Counted from the stretch's first letter, positions 49,491-63,485 are shown. The stretch: DNA of 64,000 nt from Podarcis filfolensis (GCA_964270895.1 OZ185436.1); one strand, 5' to 3'. Translations and numbers: made by a program. Notes: generated from the sequence alone by a model not told the origin.

Positions 49491-51420
49491 ATACCTTCCC
49501 AACTGTCCTGATTTGACTGGGACATCCCAGAATTACAGAAGGCATCCCAGCTTCCAACTGGATCCTGGAAAATCCCATCCTTTGGTCCCACACTCTTGGC
49601 ATGAGTTTATATCGATGCCTGTTTTAGCTCACCTTTCAGCCCTGCTAGATGGCCTACCCAGAAGCCTTTTTGAAAATATCTGCAGACAAACAAACAAAAC
49701 TTTCCTGCAACATTATTTTCTAAGAGTTCCTTTCTTTTCTCTCATCAAATGAAACGGAGAAGGATAAAGCGAGGTGGTGGTGGGGAGAAGAGTGAGAGAA
49801 GAGGAACAAAAATACTTTTGCAAATGGGCTTTCCACACTCTCAAGGAACTCTCCACAACACTCATTTATTTCCCTATTAAGGCAGCAGATGGCAAAGTGC
49901 TAATGAATGTGAAAGACACAGATATCTGCTGTAAACAAACAGAACGGGGCTGAATCAAGGAGGTTTTGAAGAATGCGGCAGATCTGAGCGAAAGTCAATC
50001 AGTCTCCCACAAACACCATTCCTTCTGGCAAGAAAGGAGAAGAGATTTCAAAAGTCCAACTATTGCATCCACAATAATCAGCTCCTAATGGAGCAGTTGG
50101 ACATATCCAATTAATACCCAGAAGCAGATGAGGGATGTGAAAGAAAGGCCAAGTGCTATGGTGACTGGTAGCCAAACTTCACCAGAGCGCTCATGGTCCT
50201 GTCATCCTGCAGAGTTTCACTCAGGACCAAACCAACGTGATGGCCAAATGATCTAGTGTTGGTTTGTTGATGTTGTTGTGTTTTGATGGGGGAAGGGATG
50301 CTTAAACCATTCTTCTCTTCTAAAGTCCAGATATGAATGCCCATTGCTTTTCGCCTGCAGTGGGAAAACTACACATATGTGTATGTGTTTTTTGCACTGA
50401 GACCCATTGCCGCTTTGGATGGGTAATAGTGAAGTGGGAAAGAGCAGCGGCCAATTTAGGGCAGCGTGACTGTTTCCACCGCACTGGGCATCATAACTAT
50501 GATGCAGTGAATTGAGCAAAACGGAAGGTGAGAGGCAGCAGGGTGACGGATTTTGGCCTTGCACGGGGCACCACTGAAATTTGAAAGACCAAAATCCGCC
50601 TTTGGAAAGAGTAAAACATCTGTTCCTCCAGCTGATTGTTGGGGGCTTACAAAGTCCAGTGTGGAACACACTGATAGACATGGTGATCAGCTGCTTGTTG
50701 CAGTTTGAGAAACTAGGTGCACAGGGCAATGCCAATGAGCTGATGTCTGATTTTGTCCTGATTCCACCCCAGCTCTCCTGCTGACTTCCAGCTTGGTGTG
50801 CATGTTTTAAGTGAATTCAGCCAAGGATCTCAGTATCTCCTCTGGCCTTAAGCTGCCATAAATGTCACCTCCATCCTCACTTATTCATAGGCTCTCATTT
50901 CCAGCCTTACTGCTCCACTGATACATTTTTTAAACCCCTTCTCCTTTTTTCTGACCCCTGGGGGGACTTTGCGTCATTTGGCTTCTCTTGCAAGCATGTG
51001 AGCTGCATTCAGAAATGTTCACATGAATCTAAATGAGAAGGCAATAAAAGGAGGACTTCTCTGGGTCCCCAAACTTATATCCCAGCAGAGTCAAGGCAGG
51101 CGTGATGGAGAGGAGGAGATGACCTTGCATTTACCTAGTCTGGGTCATTTGCACAGCAGTCACTTGTGATTAGTAAATGACTCAAAGATTGGGTATGATA
51201 AATGTGCGTGAAAAGGCCACTCTGGAGTGCAAATTATTGGGTTGGTTGGCTATGGCAATGCACAACTGATGAGCTGTGGCTGGCAGCATACTGGTGCTAT
51301 CATTGGCAATTGCATTGTTTCAGAGCCAGTGTAGGCCCTGGTTTGTCCCACGACACACTGATTGTTCAAAGCTCCATTGACTGCTCATTCTGCTATCGGA
51401 GCAAAGGTTGTAAAGTAGAT

Positions 51421-51855
51421 TAGGAATGAGCAAACCTGTCAATTTCAGTTTCTCATTTTTCCAGCATCAGTTTGCAGGTGTTTTTCTTTTTAAAGTCCTC
51501 ATGAAAATTCACTAGCATTTTACTGCAAATTTCTTCTAATATACACATTCTGGCATGCAATTTTGCCTAATATATACATTTTGGCAAAGTATATTTTCCC
51601 TAATATTTATATTTTCCTTAAAATAGTGCATTTTATGTTTTTTTTCACTGATGTACTATGCATTCTTATGCACACTTTACATTAGTATATGCATTTTTGT
51701 GCATGTTATTTGGCTGGAAACTGCACTGCTAAATTGGGAGAAGTATGAATTTTGACAGATGGCTATGTTTTGGTTTGTGTATTGTTTCAGAAATGGCAAA
51801 ATTATGTATATTTGCCTTTAAATGAGAACGGAATGGAATCCCACCCCCCTTCCTA
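51421..51855 (+). mobile_element. hAT-like MITE (TAGGGATG-type TIR)
   Basis: Ends TAGGAATG… / …CCTTCCTA; 8-bp flanks AAGTAGAT / GAGTAGTC (5/8); family shared with 31897 and 54788. Confidence 0.68.
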
Positions 51856-54204
51856 GAGTAGTCCAGTGGTGTCACTGTGAAAGACAGCTTGTCCCATTAC
51901 TGCCAAGACCCCTCTCAGCAATGTGCAGCCATGAGGGAGTATTTGTGCATAGTGCAGTGCCCCATCAACTCCTGTCATGAGACAGTGTCACTCCCGGGTG
52001 TGCACTCTAAAACTCTCACCAAATTTTTTTGCAAAGCAAGGCATTCTGAAGCAGACATCCAAAGCAGACATCCTCAGTAGGCATATCAATGTGCAAAATG
52101 GGTGGTTGGTTTTTTTTGAAGGCAGAAAGTTTGAAAACCACTGCTCCAAATGGTGGCAGTGTCTAAAGAGACCATCTCCTCATGTAGCGGTTTCTCCCTT
52201 AACACTATAACAGATCCATTTTCTGCAAACAACACCCACTTATTCTGTCAAAATGCTCCATTAATTAAATTTCATGCACACATTCAGAAGCATTTCCTCA
52301 GCATTTAATTATTTTAAATCAGAGCACCTCCTTTACTCAGACACTTCTAGGGAATCAGTGCAGAAGGAAAACCAAAGGGTACCATCTGCTTTGCTAATTC
52401 CATGCAAATTGCACAGGAAACTGGTTCCATGGAATGGACTCCACCAGCAATACACTCAAGGAACTGGAAGGCAATAAGATACTTACTTCCCTTGCTAGAA
52501 AAACATGCAAAGATGGATGGGGGACACACATTCCATTCACTGGGATTGTGGAAGGAAAAAGCTAAAACCCCTTTTCTCCACCATGTTCCAGATTGCCTCT
52601 CTCCTGTGACTAGCCAGTTAATGCAACATGATCTTTATGGCCTGAATTTCATGCATCTCCACTGTGTTGTCAACAAGAAACTTCACTATGCTCATCCACA
52701 AAGGAACACCTCTAGAAGAAAAGCCCAAGACTGGCATGAGAACCACTGCACCCACATAACATTCCCAGAAACAGTGAAGTGTGCCTCAGATGGTTTTGGT
52801 GACCTAGGCAAATGAACCAGCCCAGGCAGGCTGGAGGAAGCAGAGAGCTGAGTGAACCTGCTCTCCCTGTCAAAGACACACATGCTGAAGTGCAGTGGGA
52901 CACACTGTTCACTTTAAATAGGTTTAAGGCATATCTGGTTATCTCACTGGCTGATTGCGAAATCTAAATGCCTGTGTTTGAGAGTTGGTCAAAACAGCTG
53001 GAACGTGGCCAAAGATAAGTTAGGGATATGTCAGTCCCTTCACTGTGTGGACCCCACCTCTCACAAGGAGCGCAATCAGATGAAAAGGCCAGGCTTCCAT
53101 AGGCATGAGACAATCATCAGCCTGGACATGAGAAAGGTTAATGCCTTTGGAACACATGTCTTATGAAGAGTCATATTTAGATTATGGAAAGGGAGAAAGA
53201 GATGGGCTAGGTCTGGGTCAGGACAACCTAATTGGAATCTTCAATTATGACTCTTTAACCTGCAGCACCTATTTCTGCATATACAATGACTTAGCACCTT
53301 TCATGAATTCCAGTAGTTTCTCCTGTGCCTCATTTCTCATTTCCTTGGGGAAATTTATGGCATTAACATTGGCAATTCAAAAACCTATTAGTGGTGACTC
53401 TGTAACCTTTTCCTAAGAATGTCCTTTTAGGGCAACTCACACAAATGGACATATCCCTATTTTATCTAGGGAAGCCGCCCAAGGAAGCAGAGATGGCTGG
53501 ACCACCAGATGTTGGTGACAAACGGCAAAGAAACACTTTACAGCATAATGCTGTGGGACATTTGCATAGTCTAGCAGTGGGAAATGGAGTTCGAAAGAGA
53601 AAAAGGGGAAAATCAAGTGTGGGAGGTGGAGATCTAGAATTCCCTCCCCTTCTATGATCTACCAGTTGTTTAGGGCTTCTCTCACAGACAGCTCCTATAA
53701 GTGGTACTGCTCAAAATCCGTACCTAGTCCATCTCCGCTACTTCACCCAACCAATCTCTTTTTAGCTAAACCATTATTAGCTTAGCTAGCAGTTCCTCTG
53801 TGACATTAGAGTCTATGTCCTACGTTCAGTCCTGTGTAGAGTCATGTGCATAAAAATGAAAACTGCTTCTCTGACTGTCCTTTTCTATCTTTTCTACATA
53901 AGCATTCAAGCGATTTCCAAAAGTGACACGAAGAAAGTGCACTAATTACATCTGATTCCCAAAGAGAAATAATCACACCAATCCCTAGATGGTAACACTC
54001 CAGAGGCTGGCAATACGAAGGACAAATCTCCACCTAAAGCTTTCCACACAGCCTCGGAATTAGTTTGATTCTGCCAGGCATATGAATTCTGAGCGGCGCC
54101 TAAAGGGCATGTTGCTGTTTATATGCTTTCATTATTATCTGAAGTTGTATTGTTGATGCAGTTACTTATTTTGTGCAAATGTTTCAGCAGTTACTTTATG
54201 CGCG

Positions 54205-54442
54205 TTGAGGATAAATTCATGGAGGACAAAGCTATCAGTGACTACCAGCCATGATGGCTGTACTTTACTTCAAGAATGCCTCTAAATACCAGGTGCTGGG
54301 GAACACAAGTGGGAAGAGTGCTGTTGCAATCATGTCTTGCCTGTGGACTTCCCAGAGGCATCTGGCCAGACGTTGTGAGACCAGGCTGCTGGAATAGATG
54401 GGCCTTTGGTCTGATCTAGATGGACTCTCTTGATGTTCTTAG
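54205..54442 (+). mobile_element. CR1 LINE 3' end
   Basis: 'gataaattcatggaggacaaagctatc…ccatgatggct…gatgggcctttggtctgatct…tcttgatgttctta'. Confidence 0.78.
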
Positions 54443-54787
54443 GATCCCTGCCAACAACCCGTTGTCCTACCTTCCACATTCTAGCATTCCAGCTGAGCTA
54501 GGGGTCTCCAGGGGCAACACAATAGCCCTCTTAATCAGATATCAAGTGGGACAGAGAAATTTGCCCAGAGTAAGGCCAGATTGGCTGGTATAACCCCTGT
54601 GGCTCATGAAGGAAGCATTGCTTGTTGTCAGTTGGCTTTGCTTGCCATCAGACATGGTCAGCTAGCTAAATCTGATTGGCTACATAGTGCCATGATATCA
54701 CGGCATTCCACTATCATCCCTAATTGGTTGAAATTGGCATTTGTGAAGTGAAAACTCAAAATGGGCAACTCTAATCACAGACACAGG

Positions 54788-55182
54788 TAGGGATGGAAAA
54801 TTATAATTGGTTTGCGTTTTTTAGCAAACTGACCTAATTCTGGATGAATATACCAATCAGACCACAATTGTTCTTTGGATTTCAAACTTTCTTAAAATTT
54901 TGCTATATACCTTTGAACTAAAAAAACACACTGAAATGCCTTTAAAAATACATGTTTTAGGGTAAAATGTTTAGAAATGCAATAAATAAAATACATTTTA
55001 AAATACTTATCTTGCAATTCAAATACAGTATATGTTTAAATATTTATTTCAGTACAGTACTGATTTAAATATGACTGTTAATTTGGATTTTGTTTAAATA
55101 AAAAAATAGATTAATGAAGCAATGGTGCAAAATGAACACATGCAAAATTTACACGGCCCAGAAATTGATCTGTCCACCCCTA
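54788..55182. mobile_element. hAT-like MITE (TAGGGATGG / CCACCCCTA TIRs)
   Basis: Matching TIRs; 8-bp flanks GACACAGG / GTCATAGG (6/8). Confidence 0.68.
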
Positions 55183-58019
55183 GTCATAGGTCAAGTATAT
55201 CTAGTGTGGTTTTTAAAACATCCAAAGTTGTAAACAACCAAAATGGGTGTGAATCAATCACATTATATCTAATAACAAGGTTGTTGTTTTTTAATTTCAC
55301 AGGCTTCTGTTAATTGGAGATGATTTCCCCCAAAGCATTGCTCACATTTTGGGTACCAGCTAATTGACTATTGCAAAATACATATTTTAAAACTTCTGCT
55401 GTTAATTTTTTATAAAATTCCTTTTTGCTGTAAGCATGACTCCCTCTATTTTCAGACAAGTAGCATGTGTGAGGATGCACTAGAAGGCAAAACAGGCCTG
55501 GGGGTGCCACTAAGATATGCAGCAAAATTGAGGAGCGGGGAAGCATCAATATACTGTAGTTCAAAAGAGAGAAAGGGGGGTGGGGATAAAATAGTGAACT
55601 GCATCAGCAGTTGGAGGATTTGGAGGATGAAAGGTCCACTTCAAGCTGCAGCAGAGGAGAAAAGCGGAGAGAAGCAGGGCCACTTGAGCAGTGCAGTTGA
55701 AAAAATTTCAACTTTTGGTGCCTCCTGTCTTTGAACTTTCCCATCCCAGCTGGTCATTTGCGTACCCTCCCAAATGCAGGGTGTGCATCTTCCCATCCGT
55801 GTTCCTGCACCAGTCACATGACCAGCGTGAGATCATGGAGCCCAAAAGATACGCCTTTGGAGGGGGGGCAATATTGCAACCAAAATCACTTAATATCACG
55901 GCACTCAAAATGGCCACTGTGCTCTCACAGGGAGAAATGGGATATCCCAGTTTTTCCAGGACACTTGCAGAGTATGCATTAGAACAGCTTATAACTAAGA
56001 ACTTGAAGCTGAGCCTTTTTTTTCTTTCTTCCCTTCTCCCTCCAAATGTATTTCCTTTGCGTGTCATGGCTTTTTACATTGTAAGCCTGAAAACAGAGAC
56101 TGCCTCTATTTCCCCTCCACCCAGTGAGGAGAAGTTGCCGTGGGAGCCTTTTTTGGCTGAAGAGTATGCTTAATTTAATATATATATGCATAAAATTAAG
56201 GGATGTGTGGATGCCCATAGAGAGGAAACACAGGACTCACACTCAGCAGAATGCTCATTTTACTCCCCATTTTGTGGCTCTCCACGTGAAATATATTAAC
56301 AACCTTGCTTTCTGCGTTAATCAGCACTATAGCCAATTCATTAGCTAATACTGATCTGCCTTTGGTGTTTTTCTATTCCAAAAAGGTCTGCACTGCTGGC
56401 TTCCTGACATATTTTCGGAATCATAGTTATAGTTGTGTTTTTTATCTCCTTCATTAATTCAGTCCTACAGGCCAATCTTTGGTTTAATAATTTCTGGTGC
56501 ATGGCTGTAATTATATAGATTTCTTTGTTTTATTATAGATGCTGTTGTAGGATTCGAACCTCCCCCTGTTCCATTTGCTGAAAGGGTAGCAAGTTGCAAG
56601 AAAAGTACACAATATTGCTGCCAGCTCAGTTCAAGGATAGACCAAACTGCCCGGCTTCCTTTGTCCTACCCCAGGCTATTATATTCTTTGGGGGGTGAGA
56701 TTCTGTCTGTCTCCCATACCTTCACCTTAGTACCTTATTGTGAGGCTGGGAATCTGAGTTGGGAAACAAAAGGATGAGCCTGGAGGCTATACTACCGTTT
56801 TATTTGGGGAGATTTTCAATTAAAAAGGTTTATGGGTCACTGACTGGAGTCCCCTCTCTGTCAATATATCTGCAAAATGAGTAGGTAATGAGAGGAATCA
56901 TTACTGTGCTCAACCCCCTGTGGAATGAGTTCAGGCCCCAACAGCTCAGCCTCTCCCTCCCATGCAAAATGACACTTGAAAGTCAAGATGGTCAACCGAC
57001 GTGACCGACAGCAGGGGGAGTAGCTGACGAAAGCAGAAGGAAAGCACCCTTCCTGGCTGCAAGGAGTGAACTTCATATGCAATTAACTTCTGTGGAAAGT
57101 CTTGGACTTAATCATGAATGTGTTTGTGCCTATAATGGGAAAGCTCCTGAGGCTGCAGCCCCAAGCATGCATTGGGAGTTAAAATACCGCTGTAGTTTGT
57201 GGGACGTGCTCCAATCTAATCATAGCACTGTAAAAAAAATGGGTATGTTATGAATGTAGTGCCTGTTGTGGGATGTGAAACACAAGAGCAGTCAATTACA
57301 ACATTCCTAGAGTGTACATGTTTAGACATGGGGAGGGATGTTTGTCCAGCCAGCACGTAAACTTCCTGTTTCCCTCTGGGCTGAGACAGACTTCCTCCGC
57401 ATGTGACTAGAGGTGGGTGTGGCCTCACCTGTGCAGGTAATGATAAAAGCACAGGGCAGGGGCAGCCATCTCTCTCTTACCTCTTCATCTTCTTCCAAGC
57501 AACATCTACTGAGTGAAAGATGCTCTCTTGGCTCCCAGCCAAGAGAGGACAAAGGGACTATCTTCTTATAAGATAGATTACAAATGTATATTACTTCACT
57601 AAGCCTAAGTCCGCCTTCTGGGATCTGATTGTGAACAGAATGTGAGTAAACTCTTTTCATACTTTTGTAAAGAACTGTGTCGTGTCTTCTATTTTAAGAG
57701 GGAATAAGGGGAAATTACCAGAGTGATTATTATAGAGGCTTAAGCAAGCCTGAGCAAACGCTGCCATTGCAAACTTAAAATAAAGGGAAATGTTTTACTC
57801 TGCTGATATTTTGGGAACTTGTTAACACAAGTTGGATAAGGATATAATCAGACAATATATCCTCTCCTGCATCCCTGAACATTCCCACACCTGTGTGGAG
57901 TGGCTCAACCTTATAGCGGTATTTCTTTAAAATATCTAGAAAGTAGCGCAGGTGCCACTGGAAGCAGAGTTTGCATGATGACACATGTATGAAGGAGGCA
58001 CATGGTGACAGCTAAAATA

Positions 58020-58392
58020 CCGTATTTTTTTGTGTATAACATGCCCCCGTGTATAAGACTCCCCCTTTTGGGGGGGACTCCAAATTGAGAAAATGAGAGG
58101 GACACTGCCCAAACTTGTTCCGTTTTTTGGGAGGGGGGTTGCCAAAAATCGCTCATCTGCAGGAATGCCACAGCCAATCGCAGCACATCAATGAAGCCAC
58201 CAATTGTCTGCACGCTCGCCGAAAGCAAGCGACAATCGCCCGCCCAATTGCCGCAGCGGCTAATAGCCAGCAGACCTTGCCACACTGACCAATCACCCAA
58301 AAAAATGCTCCACTATCCGTGTATAGACAGCCCCCTATTTTTAGCATAATTTTTAATTTAAAAAACCTCGTCTTATACACGGAAAAATACAG
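58020..58392. mobile_element. Tc1/mariner (Tc2/pogo-like) MITE
   Basis: TIR CCGTATTTTT…GTGTATAA / TTATACACGGAAAAATACAG, TA on both flanks, subterminal GTGTATAAGAC repeats, CpG-rich core. Confidence 0.82.
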
Positions 58393-58664
58393 TAAATGGT
58401 GCAATGCTATGGGAAGCTGGCCCATCTTCCTCGAGTTTTTGCATACAAGGCCTTAGGTAGGCCTGTGTGGTCCACTGCCCTTCTACTGCCATTGACCATT
58501 CTGCCTGGAATAACAGCTAATTCATTTTGTAGTCATACAAATAGTGGTTTGGAATTCAGTGTGTCAGCCAGCCAGCCAGCCATTCTCCACCTCCATCACC
58601 GCAGACACTCGGTAATCCAAAATTACCTCACAGTTTACCAAAATGCACGCTATCTGCGCATTTA

Positions 58665-59215
58665 AGGCATTCCGGAAGCTGCAACTAGTGCAGAATGCTG
58701 CTGCCAAGGAGCAATGTTTGTGAGACTGTTAGATGGAATCACATGACACAGATCCTGAAAGCACTGCACTACCTGCCTGCAAGCTACAAACCCATTTCAA
58801 GCTGTTGGTACTGGTGGAAAATCCCTATATGTCTTAGGAAGACCCAAGTTCTTAAAGGAGTTGTCTCCTGCACCGAAATACCTACCAGCCCAGCAAGGGA
58901 AGGCCTTTTTCATTATCTTGCCAACAGGCTTGATGATGACACAGATCAGAGCTTTCTCTGTTGTGGCCCTATTGTGGAATTCCCTCCTCATGGAAGTTTG
59001 GCTGTCCCCCACGTTTCTTTTTTTCAGATGTCAGCTGCTGACATATTTGTTCATCCAGGCATTTCAGAGATGGGCCTGAACTGAATTTAGTGCCCTTTTG
59101 GACTATATTGCTTTTAAGGTGTTTTCATTATTGTTGTAAATGATGGCATTTTTACTGAATTGTGCACAGCCCTGTGCTCCTTTTGAAGGAAGGGTGGTAT
59201 GTAACCTTAATTTTT
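58665..59215 (+). mobile_element. Degraded L2 LINE RT C-terminus and 3' UTR
   Basis: RKLQLVQNAAA…HMTQILKALHYLP and RAFSVVALLWNSL motifs; frameshifted. Confidence 0.8.
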
Positions 59216-59944
59216 CAAAAAAAAATTAAGAGTCCCCTAGTTTTTTGGCCTCCTATGTGACATTCTGCCCCCACCCCAAAAACCATGTCCATGCAGTGTA
59301 TGATCCTGAATTTGGCTAAACTGGGCTGCTTTTAAAGTTCTAGCGAGGAATGAAGGAGTGGACTGATTTGTGATTGCAGCTGCGCTTTCTAGCGTTGTAA
59401 CAGTCAGCTCATATGCTAAATGCATGCTAGTCATTACTCATTATTAATCTAACTAATTGACAGTCTCCGGCATGCACCTGACCTATCACTGCAGCAGATG
59501 TTGTCTTGGGCTAATCTATTGTTCTGTGGTTAAATGTTAGGAATATTTGGAAGATGTACAAAATATTTACCTTGTGAATTAACCTCACTGTTTATTTTAC
59601 ATCTCTGGTAGCAATTAATTAACAGCTTGTCCTGACTGGGGGAAGGTGCTGCATTTGAATCTCAGCTGGTATTGAAACAACACTTTCAGGTTCATGTTAA
59701 CGAACCTGCCAATGAATTTAACAAAAGTATTATTCACAGCTTATGTGAGGGGGAATATTGGTAGGTTCCAAACCAGTTTATGCTTTAGGCTATACTTCTT
59801 ATCGGGTCAAAAATTATGGGTAAAATAAGCTAACAAGCTCAAGTCATACATCTCTCCTAATCACCAGCTTCATGTTATTTACTGTAATTTTTCAACCAGC
59901 ACCTTCAACATTCCATGACTCAGTTACCCTTAATATTCCACAGT

Positions 59945-60330
59945 GTCCTGAACCTGTAGCCTACCTGGCAGCAAGCCTGTAGGCCAAGTCCAAACTTTAC
60001 AGTTTGAGGGTTGATCCACACAAGCCCAAAGGAAGCGATGTTCAGGGTCAATCCAGGTAGCCAAGTCCAAAGTTCAGCAGTCAGGATACAGTCCTGTGTC
60101 AGACTTGAGCACAGTCCCATATAGGCCCAGGAGCGTACAAATCAAGGTCCATCAGCATGAGGAGTTGAGGAGACACAACACCTCAACTCTGCTTCCCTTT
60201 GGTATTTTTGCACACTGGTTGTGGCATCTGGGCTTGACGAGGCCTGTCCTGAGGCAACTCCAGCTGAGAAATCACACACTCCCTCCCAGAGCTAACAAGC
60301 CCCACCTGGCTAGCTAGGGAGCTGGGTTGT
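59945..60330 (-). mobile_element. Possible old LTR remnant
   Basis: Repeated 'gccaagtcc/agggtcaatccagg' modules then 'cttccctttggtatttttgcac…cagctg', reminiscent of inverted Gypsy LTRs. No clear termini or TSD. Confidence 0.3.
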
Positions 60331-61089
60331 GGGCCCTTGCCTTTCCACAGTTGTCCCTCCGTTGGGCATTTAGTGTCACCAGTCCAATGCTGTGGAACAT
60401 TCTTCTAGCAGAGATTTGGCAGGTGGCCTTGCCCTTTAACTTTCAGGTGCCTGTTAAAAGACTCCTTTGATGCTAAGAGGCCTGTTCTGTCCTGAGACTT
60501 CTCTCAATCTGGATATTATAAACAAAATTCCACAAAGCTCTCAGATGTGTATTTTATTGAAGTTGACAAGGCACATGCAGTATTTGCCCACATTCCAGTA
60601 GGCTGTTCTTTTGGCTCTGGATGTGGTTAGGAAGCTCTTTATGAAGTTCTGTAAGAAGGAGTGAGTTTACCCCTCTTCCTGGACTTGCAAGAACTAAACA
60701 GAACTAGGTTGCAAAAGAGAGGGAGACGTTTTATGCGCTCTGGGCAGAGCCCATAGAAACTTGAATATTACTGTGCCTTCATTTCCCAGCCTGCCTTGAG
60801 GTCTAGAGTACTTTTTCTTAAAGGAGCAGCTTTATTATTCCTTGTACTGTATCTAATACTAATACACAGGTTTGCTATGACTAACTAACTGAACCCTGAG
60901 GGAGCAGAACAAGGCCTTTGCAGTTGTTTAAATTGGTTAGCCAATCACTTTAATAATTATTTGTATTTTTAATGATGTTTTATATTTTATTGGTGGATAC
61001 TGCCCTGACATTTTATAATATATGGCGGTGGTTGGGGGGGGGTACATACACACACAGAGAGAGAGACAGAGAGAGAGACAGAGAGAGCA

Positions 61090-61468
61090 GGGACATAGGT
61101 GGCACTGTGGTCTAAGCCACTGAGCCTCTTGGGCTTGCCAATCGGAAGGTTGGCGGTTTGAATCCCTGTGATAAGCTGAGCTCCCATTGCTCTGTCCCAG
61201 CTTCTGCCAACCTAGTAGTTCAAAAGCACACCAGTGCAAGTAGATAAACAGTTGCTGCTGCAGCCAGCAAGGTAAACAGTGTTTCCATGCACTCTGGCTT
61301 CCATCAAGGTGTCCCATTGCACCAGAAGCAGTTTAGTCCTACTGGCCACATGACCCGGAAAGCTGTCTATGGACAAATGCCAGCTCCCTTGGCCTGAAGC
61401 GAGATGAGTGCCACACCCCATAGTCGCCTTTGACTGGACTTAACCGTCCAGGGCTCCTTTACCTTTTT
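61090..61468 (+). mobile_element. Sauria SINE (older subfamily)
   Basis: 'gggacataggtggcactgtggtctaa…gcaagtagataa…ggccacatgacccggaa…ctcctttacctttt'; more diverged and CpG-depleted than the 4169 copy. Confidence 0.9.
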
Positions 61469-62204
61469 TACACACACACTTCCCAGGGTATCCTATTATT
61501 GGTCTCTTCCTAGCCTTGAAGGCAGGTACTCTGTTGTTCAGGTAGAGTGTCTGACAGAGAACATATCCCATCCTGTCTATAATTCCCCAGGGATTTCCTT
61601 GGGTTTCTCTCCCTTCCTCTCTGCAGATGCAGCAGGCAATGGGAATGTGTCACACAGGTTTGAAGGGAGCTTTGGGTGGCAGGATTTTTCTCAACATTAA
61701 TCAAAATGGGCTTTGTGGCCTAGCATGTCAGGATATCTGCTTTAATATTGTGAGGCAGGTGAGCAAAGCTCAGAGGAGCTTATACACCATGCTCCAGTCC
61801 CGGCTGCTGACATACTGCAGGCTCTGTTTAAAGCTGTGGAAATTTCAGCCCAGATCTGCAATTTGGATAAAGAAAGGGGGGCGGGGGAGATATATTTCAT
61901 TGAACCTTTTCTGTTTGTGTGTTATAAATATTTTATTCCACCCTTCAGTCATATTCCCACAGTGGCTTGCAGGAGAAATAAAACAATTAAAATGTAAAAA
62001 CAAAAAAAGCCCCACGTGCACAGGGAAAGTCGCAACATCATAAAAACAGTTGGCAGGATTAAAATGTCTCAAGCATGGCCTCTGTAAACAAGATGTAAAC
62101 AAACCTAGTACTTTGTATCTCCAGAGTTAGGCCTCCCCCTCCAAAAAAAACAACCCCCCCCAACATGTACGGTTTAATGGAACTAACTGAGGGCAGAGCA
62201 ACAC

Positions 62205-62352
62205 CACACATTTAAAGCGCACAACTTCTCACAAATAATCCTTGAAACTGTAGCTCACCCTCACAGACTGTAACTCACCCTTAACAAACTACAGTTCCCA
62301 TAATTATTGGTGCATTTTTGTGTTTGTGTACTTTAAATGCAGGGGGTGTGTG
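62205..62352. mobile_element. Degraded Harbinger-like MITE copy
   Basis: 'cacacatttaaagcgc…cccttaacaaactacagttccc…tactttaaatgcagggggtgtg'. Confidence 0.55.
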
Positions 62353-63485
62353 CAACCCTTGTGTAGATAGCTATGTATGACCTCACTTCAAAATGTGCTC
62401 AGTCAGCCCCATTGCACTTGAGGGCCCTCCTAGACATTTTGCAGAGTGGGGCCCTAGACTCCTCCCTCAAATCCTGCCCTGATGTTCACCTCAACTGTAA
62501 TTCAAGAGACACAGGCCAGAAGCCATCACCACAGTCGTCTTAACACATAGTTTGAGCCTGGCATACCATCCCATTATCCCTTTCTCTAGCCCTCAAGCAG
62601 CAGTCTTTCCTCTTTTATTTATTCCCTCCTTCTTGTCTCACAGTAAACCCAGAAGAATACAGGGGTGTTTTATTTTTATTATTTTTTTCTACCCTGAGTG
62701 TTTGGAAAGTTAATACCTTTTAAAAATCTGCCCGTAATCTCATAAATATAAATTACAGTATTGTGCAGAGTCACAAAGGTGCAAAGAAAGCAGGGCAGCT
62801 AAATCCTACATGCATTTCACTGGCCTTTTAAGGCGCACGGCAATCCTTGATGTACAGCACTAGAGATTACACACACTGATGTGTGCTGCATGCATGATGT
62901 ACTCATTGGGACAGAGGGAGGGAGGGAGGGAAGGACTCTCTGCTGCCGTGGTCCTCTCACAGCCTGATTGCTCCTTGCCCAGGGCTGCGGCATGGCTGGA
63001 ACTGTTTGGCAATCATCCTGGCCCTTACTGACATCATCGATGGTCTCCCCTTCGCACGCATGGCTGGAAGCACGAAGACAGTGCTGGTGGGCTAGTTCAG
63101 AATTTCTGTACTACAGTGCAGCTGGACTGCAGTTTTCAGACTGTTGTCCTTGGATGTTTTTGAGATGTAAATGCCTGGGTTTTTCTTGTTTAATTTGTGC
63201 AGCGGATGCCTGTTTTCTATGCTGTTCCTGGATATGGTCCTGTCTTGAATGTGTCCTGGGCCTGATTGCAATTCGCCCTGCTGCCATAGCTGCAGCTCAA
63301 ACCCCATCTAACCTCTGGCAATCAGGAAATGTGATTTGTTGCTGCCACCACTTCCCCCCCCCCAAAAAAAGGAGTCCCCTCACTCATTCCCCACCCTCGT
63401 TTTAATTTGTTCCAAGACCTTGACAGCATTTAACTCAGGAGTAACATGGGTTAGCCTTGGAACAGCTGAAGCAAAATACCTTTGA

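Noticed and set aside
62968-63405. 145-aa ORF and alternate frame LAIILALTDIIDGLPFARM
   Set aside because: No recognisable homology; Cys/Trp-rich composition typical of non-coding translation.
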